Positions 9,747 to 18,988 of a stretch of 64,000 bases of DNA are shown here, in pieces. Both the position numbers and the translations under genes were made by a program. Below the pieces are notes generated by a model. That model did not search any database. It saw only the letters and a list, made by a program, of their open reading frames with translations, and had not been told where the DNA came from. The first letter of the stretch is position 1, and the number at the start of each line of letters is the position of its first letter. This DNA comes from an uncultured Gemmatimonadaceae bacterium (GTDB taxonomy: Bacteria > Gemmatimonadota > Gemmatimonadetes > Gemmatimonadales > Gemmatimonadaceae), in contig CAWFQK010000001.1 in assembly GCA_963817955.1 (NCBI GenBank), positions 64,001 to 128,000 of the forward strand. The letters run 5' to 3'.

Positions 9747-10940
9747 TCAGTCCGCCGCGACGGTACCGAAATCGAACCCGGGTACCGAAATCCGTTCGAT
9801 TGGCTGACCGATGATTCGCTCGATCTGGCGGACCATCGCGATCTCGTCGGGTGACATGAAGGTGAACGCATCGCCTTCCTTTGCTGCACGACCGGTGCGG
9901 CCGATGCGGTGCACGTAATCCTCGGCCTGCTGCGGCACATCGTAGTTCACGACGTGCGTGATGCCGGAGATGTCGAGCCCGCGCTGCGCGATGTCGGTGG
10001 CGACGAGTACGCGCACCTTGCCCTGCCGAAAGTCCTCGAGTGCGCGCGTGCGCTGCGGTTGCGTCTTGTCGGCGTGCATCGCGGTGGCCGCGATGTTCTC
10101 ACGCTCGAGATGCCGCACGACGCGATCGGCGCCATGCTTGGTGCGCGTGAACACGAGCACCGAGTCCACCTTCTCGTCGCGTAGCAGCTGCGCCAGGAGT
10201 GCGCTCTTGCGCTCGCGCGGCACGGGATACACCGCATGCGTCACCGTGCTCGCCGCGCCCGAACGACGCCCAACCTGCACCACCACGGGCTTGCGCAGGT
10301 ACTTGCGAGCCAGCGCCTCGACTTCCGGCGGCATGGTGGCGCTGAACAATAGTGTCTGCCGGTACTTCGGAACTTCGGCGACGATGCGGTTGATCTGCGG
10401 CGCGAAGCCCATGTCGAGCATGCGATCCGCTTCGTCGAGCACGAGCACTTCGAGGTCGTCGAACACGACGTTCTGGCGCTCGAGGTGATCGATCAGGCGG
10501 CCCGGCGTCGCCACGACAATGTCCACCCCAGCACGCAGCTTTCTCTGCTGCGGATCGAGGGGCACTCCGCCGTACACAGATACCACCGTCAGATCAGAGT
10601 GTCTGGCGTACTTCTGCACGCTCTCTTCCACCTGCACGCACAACTCGCGTGTCGGTGTGAGCACCAACGCCCTCGTGCGGCGCGGACCGTCGATGAGTCG
10701 ATCGACGATTGGAAGGGTGAACGCGGCCGTCTTGCCGGTGCCGGTTTGCGCGAGTCCCATGACATCGCGCCCCTTGAGGATCAGGGGGATTGCTTCGGCC
10801 TGAATCGGCGTCGGCGTCAGGTAGCCTGCGTCCTTTACTGCCTCGAGCGCTCCCGCTGAAAGACCGATTTCTAAAAACGTGGGAACGTGTGCGGCTTCAC
10901 TGATGTCCTGCAGTCCTACAACAATCGTCTCGGTAACCAT
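9747..10940 (-). CDS. DEAD-box RNA helicase (RhlE-like)
   Basis: Q motif (PTPIQ), AQTGTGKT, PTREL, TPGRL, DEAD, SAT, ATDIAQRGLD, YVHRIGRTGRA. Start codon uncertain (ORF open to 11234). Confidence 0.95.
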   Translation of the reverse strand: MVTETIVVGLQDISEAAHVPTFLEIGLSAGALEAVKDAGYLTPTPIQAEAIPLILKGRDVMGLAQTGTGKTAAFTLPIVDRLIDGPRRTRALVLTPTRELCVQVEESVQKYARHSDLTVVSVYGGVPLDPQQRKLRAGVDIVVATPGRLIDHLERQNVVFDDLEVLVLDEADRMLDMGFAPQINRIVAEVPKYRQTLLFSATMPPEVEALARKYLRKPVVVQVGRRSGAASTVTHAVYPVPRERKSALLAQLLRDEKVDSVLVFTRTKHGADRVVRHLERENIAATAMHADKTQPQRTRALEDFRQGKVRVLVATDIAQRGLDISGITHVVNYDVPQQAEDYVHRIGRTGRAAKEGDAFTFMSPDEIAMVRQIERIIGQPIERISVPGFDFGTVAAD

Positions 10941-11199
10941 GATGTCCATCGCTGCGCACCGGGGCCGCCACCCAGGACCATCCCGGGACCGGTGTCTCTC
11001 GAAGTGCCGGTGAGCAGAGGGCGCACCGGCCAAATCAGCGAAGCATCCGGCTTCGCTTACGCGAGGGGCGTTGCGGCCCACGCACCAATTTTGATGCGCG
11101 CCGTCCCCCACGGCTGCGACCGTCCTGGCATCGCCGATCCACTCCTGGCAACCCTGCCGCAGCTGATCATGTAAATCTAACTCATTGTGGCACTTAGCG

Positions 11200-12069
11200 C
11201 TACCGAACGAAGTCACCCACAGCAGCGTACACATCGTCGGGAAATTCTTCGTGCGCGCAGTGCCCGCCTTCCACTTGGAGCACCACGGCGTCGTGCAACC
11301 GGGTGGCTACACGCACTGGGGTACGTATCAGACGATCCTGTCGCCCAAGTATCACCAGGCTCGGGACCGCCAAGCCGGCGGCCTCTTTGTCTCCGACCGG
11401 GCTGAAGTCGAACTGCCGGAGCGTATCGCGAGCCGCGCGCACGTGCCCGGGGAGCTGAACCGGCGCCCAGTATTCGTCGATGTCGCGCGGCGTCACGCGG
11501 CGTGGGTCGCCATACGCGATCGTCTTGAGTATGGCGCCGATCATCCACCGCGGCACGAGCCGAGGACCAATCAGCTCAGTCATCTTCGGTGGCGCGACGC
11601 GCAGCAGCAGCACGAGAAAGGACAGCTCGCTGAGGCTCGTTGGATTGATCAATACGAGTTTGCGTACACGCTCCGGCCGCCGGAGCGCGTAGTGTAGGGA
11701 CACTCCACCGCCCATCGACTGACCAAGCAGATTCGCGCGCGGCAGCATGAGCGCGTCGAGCAATGCATCGAGATCCGCGCAGTACGACTCGAGGGAATAC
11801 GCATTGGGCCCGAGCGGCACGTCCGACAATCCGAACCCGCGCAGATCCACGGCAATCACGCGGATGGCATAGCGGGATAGCCGTGCGAACGCGTGCCGGT
11901 AGGTGTAGATCGACGCACCCCAACCATGCAGCAGCACGAGCGGCGTACCATTCGCCGGCCCCTGTTCGGCAATGCGGACACGCACGCCGGTGGACAGCGC
12001 CAGAAACCGCGTCGTGATGTGGGGTTCGTGCGCGGGGAAGATCGCGTCTGGCGGTAGCGGCTGTGACAC
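11200..12069 (-). CDS. Alpha/beta fold hydrolase
   Basis: LLHGWG, DLRGFGLS, nucleophile GQSMGG, C-terminal GGH..HEE. Probable GTG start at 12069, just after the upstream stop. Confidence 0.92.
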   Translation of the reverse strand: MSQPLPPDAIFPAHEPHITTRFLALSTGVRVRIAEQGPANGTPLVLLHGWGASIYTYRHAFARLSRYAIRVIAVDLRGFGLSDVPLGPNAYSLESYCADLDALLDALMLPRANLLGQSMGGGVSLHYALRRPERVRKLVLINPTSLSELSFLVLLLRVAPPKMTELIGPRLVPRWMIGAILKTIAYGDPRRVTPRDIDEYWAPVQLPGHVRAARDTLRQFDFSPVGDKEAAGLAVPSLVILGRQDRLIRTPVRVATRLHDAVVLQVEGGHCAHEEFPDDVYAAVGDFVR

Positions 12070-12074
12070 GGCGT

Positions 12075-13232
12075 TCAGACGATCTCGATCACCCTCCCAC
12101 TCAGCCGGCCGATGAGTCCGAGGCGGAACGTAGCGTCCGTCCAACGCTCGTCGCCGCTCGTGTGATCTTCGAGCGGATACATCGGCCAGAGAAACGGGTT
12201 CGGACTCTTGGGCGTGGTCAGGCCTTTGTGCGGATGCCACACGCCGTCGGCGTCGCGATCGTCGAGGAAGCGGTCATACAGCTTGCACCAATTCTCGTTC
12301 TTCTTGAGATAACCGAGGCGCGCCATCAGCTCCAGCCAGGCCATGGCGAGCACCACGTCTACGTCGGCTACACTGCGGTTCGCCAGCAGGTCGCCGAGCA
12401 CGAGGTGCGGCTGCGGAACGACGTTATTGCCGCACAGTTGCACGACTTCCTGGCGCGGCAGCGCTTGCGAGAGATGGTGGTACAGCAGCGCCATCGCGTC
12501 GTGATGCTCGGTTCGAAAAAGCGGCATGTACGCGAGCATGTGCAGCGCGTAGATCGAAGGCGGTGCGGCTTCGGGAGGCAGCACGTGCTGGTTGCCGACA
12601 CGCACGAATGGCTTGGCCGCGTGCGGCGAGCGCAGATAGGACGCGACACGCTCAACGATGCGGCGCGCCGCGCCCCGCAAACGCGGATCGCCCTCATAAC
12701 CAGCCTGGGCGAGCGTAGCGGCGGCTGCCTCGCGCAGAATGACCCGCGCCCGCCGTGAAGAATCATCGTCGGGCGCGAGCTTGCCGCCCAGCTCGAATAG
12801 GTACTCCGGATCATCGTCTTCCGCGAGCAGCCGGAACAGCACACGGCGCGCGTGCATGAGTGGCGGAGTGTTCTTGTCCCAGCCGTACTCGAGCAGTCGC
12901 CGCACCGCGTTGATGGTTCCGATCCCTTCGAAGTGCTCGCCACGCGCTGAGGGAAGCGTGAGCATCGTACGTCCCCAGGTGCCATCCACACCCTGCATCA
13001 GCGCCAACGTCAGCGCGGGGCGATGCGTAAATGGTAGAGATACCGTTTTGTCGGCAATAGCGGCGGGAAGCCTCGCGACCTCGACAATTGCCCGGTACTT
13101 GATCGGCGCTGCGGCATGTTCCATCAGCCAGGTCAGCGGAAATGCGATAGCCGGTGACGCCGGCGGCGCAGCCGGAGTCGGTGGCGGTGCGGTCGGAGTG
13201 GAACTGGCTGGTAACAGTGGCGGCAGGGTCAC
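12075..13232 (-). CDS. Hypothetical protein with prenyltransferase/squalene-cyclase-like QW motifs (possible alpha/alpha toroid)
   Basis: 385 aa, helical, with QGVDGTWG and RDADGVW motifs. Lies 5 nt upstream of the hydrolase on the same strand. Confidence 0.6.
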   Translation of the reverse strand: MTLPPLLPASSTPTAPPPTPAAPPASPAIAFPLTWLMEHAAAPIKYRAIVEVARLPAAIADKTVSLPFTHRPALTLALMQGVDGTWGRTMLTLPSARGEHFEGIGTINAVRRLLEYGWDKNTPPLMHARRVLFRLLAEDDDPEYLFELGGKLAPDDDSSRRARVILREAAAATLAQAGYEGDPRLRGAARRIVERVASYLRSPHAAKPFVRVGNQHVLPPEAAPPSIYALHMLAYMPLFRTEHHDAMALLYHHLSQALPRQEVVQLCGNNVVPQPHLVLGDLLANRSVADVDVVLAMAWLELMARLGYLKKNENWCKLYDRFLDDRDADGVWHPHKGLTTPKSPNPFLWPMYPLEDHTSGDERWTDATFRLGLIGRLSGRVIEIV

Positions 13233-13490
13233 TAGGCGCTCATTTCGGGCCTTAAAGTCCAGCGAAGTGTCTCGTTGGCAACAACGTCCTGCAGTTGGCC
13301 GCGTAAGAATATCAGTTTTGAGGCTTTGCGCTAGAGGGCGTATACTAAGTTGTTGCGTCCACGAAGTTTGCCGTTACGCGGGTCTTGGCGCGCCCGTAGC
13401 TGATGTCGCACTCCTGTGGTCATGGTGCCCAGGCAGGCGTCTGATGCGCGAACGGCTGTTGCACTTCACACTCCTTTGGGGGCACAAGCA

Positions 13491-13853
13491 ATGAACAAGA
13501 AGATCCGGATGGCAGTGATGGCAGCCGTGATGTTTACGGCGGTTGGGACGGTTGCTCAGGCGCAGGGCCGTGGTGGCCCGAATGTCGTTTCGATCCTCAA
13601 GGACTCGCTCAAGGTGTCCGACGCCGTTGCGGCGAAGGCCGACTCGATCATCAAGTCGTACGCGGCGCTGAATGCGCCGTTGATGGAAGCCATGCGCGGT
13701 GGCGATGCCGACGCGCGCGCCAAGATGACCGAGAACCGCGCCAAGCAGACCGAAGCCATCAAGGCGCTCCTCACAGACGAGCAGAAGGCAGCGTACGACA
13801 AGCTCATGCCCGCTCGTGGTGGCCGCCGCGGTGGTCCGCCGCCAACCCGCTAA
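13491..13853 (+). CDS. Small secreted helical protein, Spy/CpxP (LTxxQ)-like
   Basis: Signal peptide ending AQA, LLTDEQKAAY motif, Gly/Arg/Pro-rich tail, strongly biased codon use. Confidence 0.8.
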   Translation: MNKKIRMAVMAAVMFTAVGTVAQAQGRGGPNVVSILKDSLKVSDAVAAKADSIIKSYAALNAPLMEAMRGGDADARAKMTENRAKQTEAIKALLTDEQKAAYDKLMPARGGRRGGPPPTR

Positions 13854-13898
13854 GCAGACTGATCGCAGCACAGCACCGTACATCGTAGGGCAGTAACG

Positions 13899-13933
13899 AA
13901 CGCGGGCCGTCACCCTAAGTGACGGCCCGCGTT
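13899..13933. terminator. Stem-loop downstream of the Spy-like gene (probable intrinsic terminator)
   Basis: aacgcgggccgtcac-cctaa-gtgacggcccgcgtt: perfect 15-bp stem followed by agtttcc. Confidence 0.75.
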
Positions 13934-13947
13934 AGTTTCCACCACCA

Positions 13948-14775
13948 ATGCGCGGTGAATTCCTCGACCTTTCCGGTGCCAGGCTGTACTACTACGCGGC
14001 AGGCTCACGTGGCACCGGCGAGCCGGTGGTATTCATCCACGGATTCCCCACATCCAGCCACTTATGGGGCGACGTGGTGCCCCTCATGCCTCGCGGGCAC
14101 CGGCTGGTCGTACTCGATCTGCTTGGCTATGGCCGCAGCGACCGGCCGGCGCGCCACGCGGTGGATGTACGCGCCCACGCCATGCGCATGGTCGAGCTGC
14201 TCGACGAACTGCGGATACAACGTGCCTGCATGGTTGGGCACGGCATAGGCGGCGGTATCGCGCAGTCGCTGGCGATCCGGTACCCGGAGCGCGTGTCGCA
14301 CCTCGCACTCATCGACAGCGTCGCATTCGATGAATGGCCGACGCTCGAGGCCAGCGTCGCTCGCGCCACCCTGCCCGTGACCCGCTTTCTTCCAGCCGGC
14401 GTCATCACGCGCGTCCTGCGCCGTGACATGCAGCGCGGCTACAGCGATCCCGATCGCGCCGCGCGGTCGATCGATCTCTATCTTCGCCCCTTCGGGACTC
14501 CTGAAGGCCGAGATGCGCTCGTCTCACATGTCCGCGCCCTCACCAACCGCGAGACGCGCAAGCTCGGTCGTCAGCTCGGCAAGATCCACGCACCAACGGC
14601 GATCCTCTGGGCACAACACGATCGCGTGCTCCCGGTGGCCGTGGGCCGCCGCCTACAACGGGCGATCCCGCGCGCGACGCTCGAGGTGATTGCCGGCGCC
14701 AGGCATTTTCTACCGGAGGAAGCGCCGCGGCAGGTGGCGAATGGGATCGCGGCGTTGCTGGAGCGGAAGGAATAG
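13948..14775 (+). CDS. Alpha/beta fold hydrolase with atypical nucleophile position
   Basis: FIHGFP, DLLGYGRSD, C-terminal ARHFLPEEAP. The nucleophile elbow reads GHGIGG (Gly where Ser or Asp is expected). Confidence 0.88.
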   Translation: MRGEFLDLSGARLYYYAAGSRGTGEPVVFIHGFPTSSHLWGDVVPLMPRGHRLVVLDLLGYGRSDRPARHAVDVRAHAMRMVELLDELRIQRACMVGHGIGGGIAQSLAIRYPERVSHLALIDSVAFDEWPTLEASVARATLPVTRFLPAGVITRVLRRDMQRGYSDPDRAARSIDLYLRPFGTPEGRDALVSHVRALTNRETRKLGRQLGKIHAPTAILWAQHDRVLPVAVGRRLQRAIPRATLEVIAGARHFLPEEAPRQVANGIAALLERKE

Positions 14776-14778
14776 CGC

Positions 14779-16755
14779 TCACAACCTCTTCATGTCCTCG
14801 GCTGCCTCGATGACATGGCCAATGTCCCGCGACAGCGCGCTTGCTTCCTGGGTCGCGCTCGTCTGATCCTCGATCGCCGAGCCGATCCCCGAGGACCGTA
14901 GCTTCAGCAAATCGAACTTCAGATTCTGTAACATCAGGCTGGTGCTTTCGAGCTGGTTGGCCAGCGTGCGCCGGCGTTCGAGCAGATCGTGCAACGACGC
15001 CCGCTGCCGCTGGAGCAGCGACAAGCGCCGTTCCCGCTCCGCCGTTTCCGGCTCCGTCCCCATCGACGCAATGCGCGTGTCCAGGGCACCGAGCGATGCG
15101 CCGGACACGTCTGCGTCCAGCCGGTGCAGCGTCGTGGCCAATGACGCGGCGCGTTGCATCAGCGCATCCACCGTTGGGCGAACGTCCGGAATCATCTCGC
15201 GCTCGATCGGGCCCAGCGCGGCAACCATCTCGTGCACCATCGCGCGGTCCGACGCGACGCGACGCACTGTCTCGCCGAATGCGCCGGTCAGGACCTCGGC
15301 GGGCACCACCTCGGCGGCGAGCTGGTCGGGCGACTTCTGCACGCGCTGCGGTGCCGACGCCAATGCCAACGCACCACCTGACCCGTCCGGCGGCGACTCG
15401 CCGCGCTCGGCGCGTTCCAACCGCAGTTTCTTGCGAATTCCCTTCTTGAACGCGTCAATCGGCCCTATGCCGTCCGACCAGATCGATCCGCCTTTCCGCA
15501 ACACGCTGACGAACATGAACGCACTGGGGAAGACGAACCAGGGACCTGGGCCATGCGTGGCGACGTTGATCCCGAAAAAGAGTGTCGTCCAGGCCATCCA
15601 GCTGAACACGCTGCGTCGAAAGGCGACGACGCGATCATCCAGCGGACGATCATCGAAGTCCTTGTACCTGGTCGGCCAGACGACCTTGTCGTCCATCCCG
15701 AGCCCCATGCCGCCCACCGCCGCCCATCGCTGGCGAATGAGCAATTTGCGTTGCGTCCGGTACCAATGGCGCAATTCACGTTTTCCCAGTCCGGGCGGGG
15801 GCGACGGAAACATCGCCGGCACGGGCGCAGGCGACTCCGACAGAGCCGGGAGCAGTGGCGGAGACAGATCCTGAGGCACCGACGACAATCTGTGCCCGCG
15901 TGACGAGACTTGCGCGCCCGCCAGCGCATCGCGGAACTCGGCTGCGTCTGCCCAGCGGTCTTCCGGCCGCTTGGCGAGCGCGCGATCGATTGCCAGGGCG
16001 AGATAGGCCGGTACTTCCGGTCGTCGCTCGCGAATGGGCCGCGGCCGTTCCGACACGTGCTTCACCAACATTGCCGGCGTGTTTGCCGCCTTGAACGGCG
16101 TGTCGCCGGCGAGCATGTGATAGCCGACGACGGCAAGCGAGTACAGGTCGCTGCGGCCGTCCACCTCGCGTTCGCCCAATGCCTGTTCCGGCGACATGTA
16201 CGCCGGCGTTCCCACGGCCACACCCGTTACGGTGAGCCGCGTCTCGCCCGCCGCCGCGCGCGCGATGCCAAAATCGGTGACCATCGGCCGCCCGCTGGCG
16301 CGATCGATGAGAATATTGTCAGGCTTGATGTCCCGGTGCACCACGCCGCGCGCATGCGCGTACGCCAGCGCATCGGCGACGTCACGCAGCACACGCACGG
16401 TCTTGTCCACCGACCACGCACCTTCGCGCGCCAGACGCACGCCGAGGCTCTCGCCGTCCACGTATGCCATGACGAAATACACGAGACTCTCACCATCCTG
16501 CTCGTCCACACTGTAGATCGGGACGATGTTCGGATGATTGAGTTGCGCAGCCGTCTGCGCCTCGCGAATGAATCGCGTGCGCACGTCGCCGTTGAATGCG
16601 ACGTCGGGCGGCAGGACCTTGATCGCCACCGGCCGGTGCAGCCGCAGATCGGTGGCATGATACACCACCGCCATACCGCCGCGTCCGATCTCGTGTTCGA
16701 TCAGGTACTGCGTGCCCACCGCGACAGTGATGCGGTCGCGCAGGTAATCGTTCAC
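14779..16755 (-). CDS. Hanks-type Ser/Thr protein kinase with 2TM segment and C-terminal helical domain (paralog 2)
   Basis: GRGGMAVV, VAIK, HRDIKPDN, DFG, GTPAYMSPEQ, DLYS. Two hydrophobic helices (SVFSWMAWTTLFFGINV, WFVFPSAFMFVSVL) and a coiled-coil C-terminus. Confidence 0.95.
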   Translation of the reverse strand: MNDYLRDRITVAVGTQYLIEHEIGRGGMAVVYHATDLRLHRPVAIKVLPPDVAFNGDVRTRFIREAQTAAQLNHPNIVPIYSVDEQDGESLVYFVMAYVDGESLGVRLAREGAWSVDKTVRVLRDVADALAYAHARGVVHRDIKPDNILIDRASGRPMVTDFGIARAAAGETRLTVTGVAVGTPAYMSPEQALGEREVDGRSDLYSLAVVGYHMLAGDTPFKAANTPAMLVKHVSERPRPIRERRPEVPAYLALAIDRALAKRPEDRWADAAEFRDALAGAQVSSRGHRLSSVPQDLSPPLLPALSESPAPVPAMFPSPPPGLGKRELRHWYRTQRKLLIRQRWAAVGGMGLGMDDKVVWPTRYKDFDDRPLDDRVVAFRRSVFSWMAWTTLFFGINVATHGPGPWFVFPSAFMFVSVLRKGGSIWSDGIGPIDAFKKGIRKKLRLERAERGESPPDGSGGALALASAPQRVQKSPDQLAAEVVPAEVLTGAFGETVRRVASDRAMVHEMVAALGPIEREMIPDVRPTVDALMQRAASLATTLHRLDADVSGASLGALDTRIASMGTEPETAERERRLSLLQRQRASLHDLLERRRTLANQLESTSLMLQNLKFDLLKLRSSGIGSAIEDQTSATQEASALSRDIGHVIEAAEDMKRL

Positions 16756-16758
16756 CGA

Positions 16759-18696
16759 TTAGCGCGCCGCCGGACGGGAGGCCGGGCGCGTCCCCGTGTT
16801 TCGGCTTCCACCCATCTCGTCCGACACGTACAACGCGCTATCCACGCTGTCGGCAAGATTGAGGGCGTCCATCGCCAGCGACGTGATGTGCTGCGGAGTC
16901 TGCGAGCCGGCGTTGAGGCGGATGAGATCGAGCTTGATGTTCTGCAACGCCACCACGCACGTCTCGAGCTTGGCCGCGACCGAGTCACGTTTCGCGACGA
17001 TGTCGGACATCGCCCGCCGCTGCCGCTTCAGATACGCCAACCGGCGTACCCGCTCATCGCTCCCCGTCTCGTCTAGCGGATTGGCGGCGTCCTCGAGGCG
17101 TACGATCTCCGCCTCCAGCGCCTCGGACCCGCCGGGCGTCACATTCCGCTCGAGATCGGACATCGTGATCGCCAGATGTCTCACCTTCTCGGCGAGCAGG
17201 TCCGCGGACCGTCCGACGTCGGGAATCCGCGAACGCTCAGCGGCTGACATTCGGGCGAGCAGTCTGAGGATCTCGTTGCGGTCCGCTTCGGCGCGCCGAA
17301 TGCGATCGCCAAAGTTGCCGGCCGCTCCCACCACGTCGTCGGTGCTCGCACCGGCCGCCGGCAACGCCGTTGCTCCGCTGGTTCGGCTGAGCCGCTGACG
17401 CCGCTGCTGACGCATCGCCTTGCGTTCATCGCGGTTGAATAGCGCGCGCGTGTAGGTGAGCGCGTCGTCGGCGACGTCGATCAGATCGCGATCTCGCGGC
17501 TGGCGAAAGACGTCGCGCCAGTCGTATCCGTCGGCCCAGAGCTTGGCGTAGCGAAACGCCAGGTAGATGCTCCACAGCACCGTTAGACTGAACAAGTCGC
17601 TGCCGCCAACCACCGACGCGATCACGATTACGGCATTCACGAACAGGTACGGCGCGAGCTTGCGCCTGAACTTCACCACCGGCTCTTGGTCCCAGCGGCG
17701 CAACTCTTCCGACGTCGGCGCGCGCGTCTCCATGGAATCCACCGAGCCTGCGGCGCGACTTGGCGTCAGCATCTGCGGCGTGGAGGGCGCGAACGCTGCC
17801 TGGTCCTGCGTCGAGGAACGCTCGGGCACTCGACCCGTGTCCAGTGCCGCGACCGTGGCAGCCGCCGACGGGAGGCGGTTCGCGGGATCCTTCTCCAGCA
17901 GGATCATGATGATGCGCGCCAGATCCTGCGGTACATCGGCTCGGCGCTGGTCCACCGGAATCGGACGCTCGGAGATATGCTTGACCAGGATTGCCGGCGT
18001 GCTGTTGGCGATGAACGGCGGCTCGCCGGTCAGCATCTGGTAGCCCAGGATGCCAAGCGAGTACAGATCGCTGCGGCCGTCGATCGTCCGTTCGCCTGCG
18101 GCCTGTTCCGGCGACATGTACGTAGGCGTACCGATCGCAATGCCCGTAGCGGTGAGCCGCGAATCGCTATCGCTCACCGCGCGCGCGATGCCGAAGTCGG
18201 TCACCATGGGGCGGCCGCTTTGCGCATCGATGAGAATATTGTCGGGCTTGATGTCGCGGTGGACGACGCCGCGCTCATGGGCATAGGCGAGCGCGTCGGC
18301 TACGTCGCGCATCGTGCGGCGCGTCTCATCCACCGAGAGCGCACCGTGATCATGAAGCCGCTTTGCGAGGTTGTCGCCCGTGATGTATGCCATCACGAAG
18401 TAGACGATGCCTTCGGCTTCGTCTACCGCGTAGATGTCAACGATGTTCGGGTGATTGAGCTGCGCGGCGGTTTCCGCTTCGCGCAGAAAGCGCGTCTTGA
18501 TGTCGCTGCGGAACGCCAACTCTGGTGGCAGTACTTTGATGGCGACCGTGCGCTTGAGGCGACGATCCTTCGCCCGGTACACGACTCCCATGCCCCCACG
18601 CCCAATCTCCTGGTCCAATTCATAATGGGGGCTGAGCACGCGATCCACATGCGCGCGCAGCTCCGAATCCGAAGATGGGACGACAGGATCCGACAA
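16759..18696 (-). CDS. Hanks-type Ser/Thr protein kinase with 2TM segment and C-terminal helical domain (paralog 1)
   Basis: GRGGMGVV, VAIK, HRDIKPDN, DFG, GTPTYMSPEQ. TM pair LAPYLFVNAVIVIASVV / LFSLTVLWSIYLAF. C-terminal domain alignable by eye to the downstream kinase. Confidence 0.95.
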   Translation of the reverse strand: MSDPVVPSSDSELRAHVDRVLSPHYELDQEIGRGGMGVVYRAKDRRLKRTVAIKVLPPELAFRSDIKTRFLREAETAAQLNHPNIVDIYAVDEAEGIVYFVMAYITGDNLAKRLHDHGALSVDETRRTMRDVADALAYAHERGVVHRDIKPDNILIDAQSGRPMVTDFGIARAVSDSDSRLTATGIAIGTPTYMSPEQAAGERTIDGRSDLYSLGILGYQMLTGEPPFIANSTPAILVKHISERPIPVDQRRADVPQDLARIIMILLEKDPANRLPSAAATVAALDTGRVPERSSTQDQAAFAPSTPQMLTPSRAAGSVDSMETRAPTSEELRRWDQEPVVKFRRKLAPYLFVNAVIVIASVVGGSDLFSLTVLWSIYLAFRYAKLWADGYDWRDVFRQPRDRDLIDVADDALTYTRALFNRDERKAMRQQRRQRLSRTSGATALPAAGASTDDVVGAAGNFGDRIRRAEADRNEILRLLARMSAAERSRIPDVGRSADLLAEKVRHLAITMSDLERNVTPGGSEALEAEIVRLEDAANPLDETGSDERVRRLAYLKRQRRAMSDIVAKRDSVAAKLETCVVALQNIKLDLIRLNAGSQTPQHITSLAMDALNLADSVDSALYVSDEMGGSRNTGTRPASRPAAR

Positions 18697-18937
18697 GCGA
18701 TTAGCTCTGGTCTATGGTCGGCGGGCAGGAATGACGCATTTTAGCACGCGTTCAATGATCCGGAAAGGATACGCCGGAGCGGCAGTGTCAAGACGACAGT
18801 AAAACCGGTTTCAATCGCGAAATGCTGCCAGCGTGACACATTTGGGCGAGCGCGTGATATGCACAATGCTTTATCAGCAATTGCCCGCCGCACGTAAACT
18901 TCAGCAGCCACAAGGCTTAGTGTACAGCTTGGCCGAA

Positions 18938-18952
18938 TGGAATGGAGTGTGC
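18938..18952 (+). promoter_or_regulatory. Candidate sigma-54 promoter for lon
   Basis: TGGAATGGAGTGTGC has GG-N10-GC spacing, with the GC about 37 nt upstream of the lon ATG. Imperfect match to TGGCAC-N5-TTGC. Confidence 0.35.
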
Positions 18953-18988
18953 GACGAGCTCTTTCGTTCTCTTACTTACGAGACCCAA

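Noticed and set aside
18833..18988. N-terminal ORF extensions from the ORF track (lon, gntR, fadJ, HIT, helicase, M14 peptidase)
   Set aside because: They precede the recognisable family N-termini and overlap promoters or neighbouring genes, so downstream starts were chosen.
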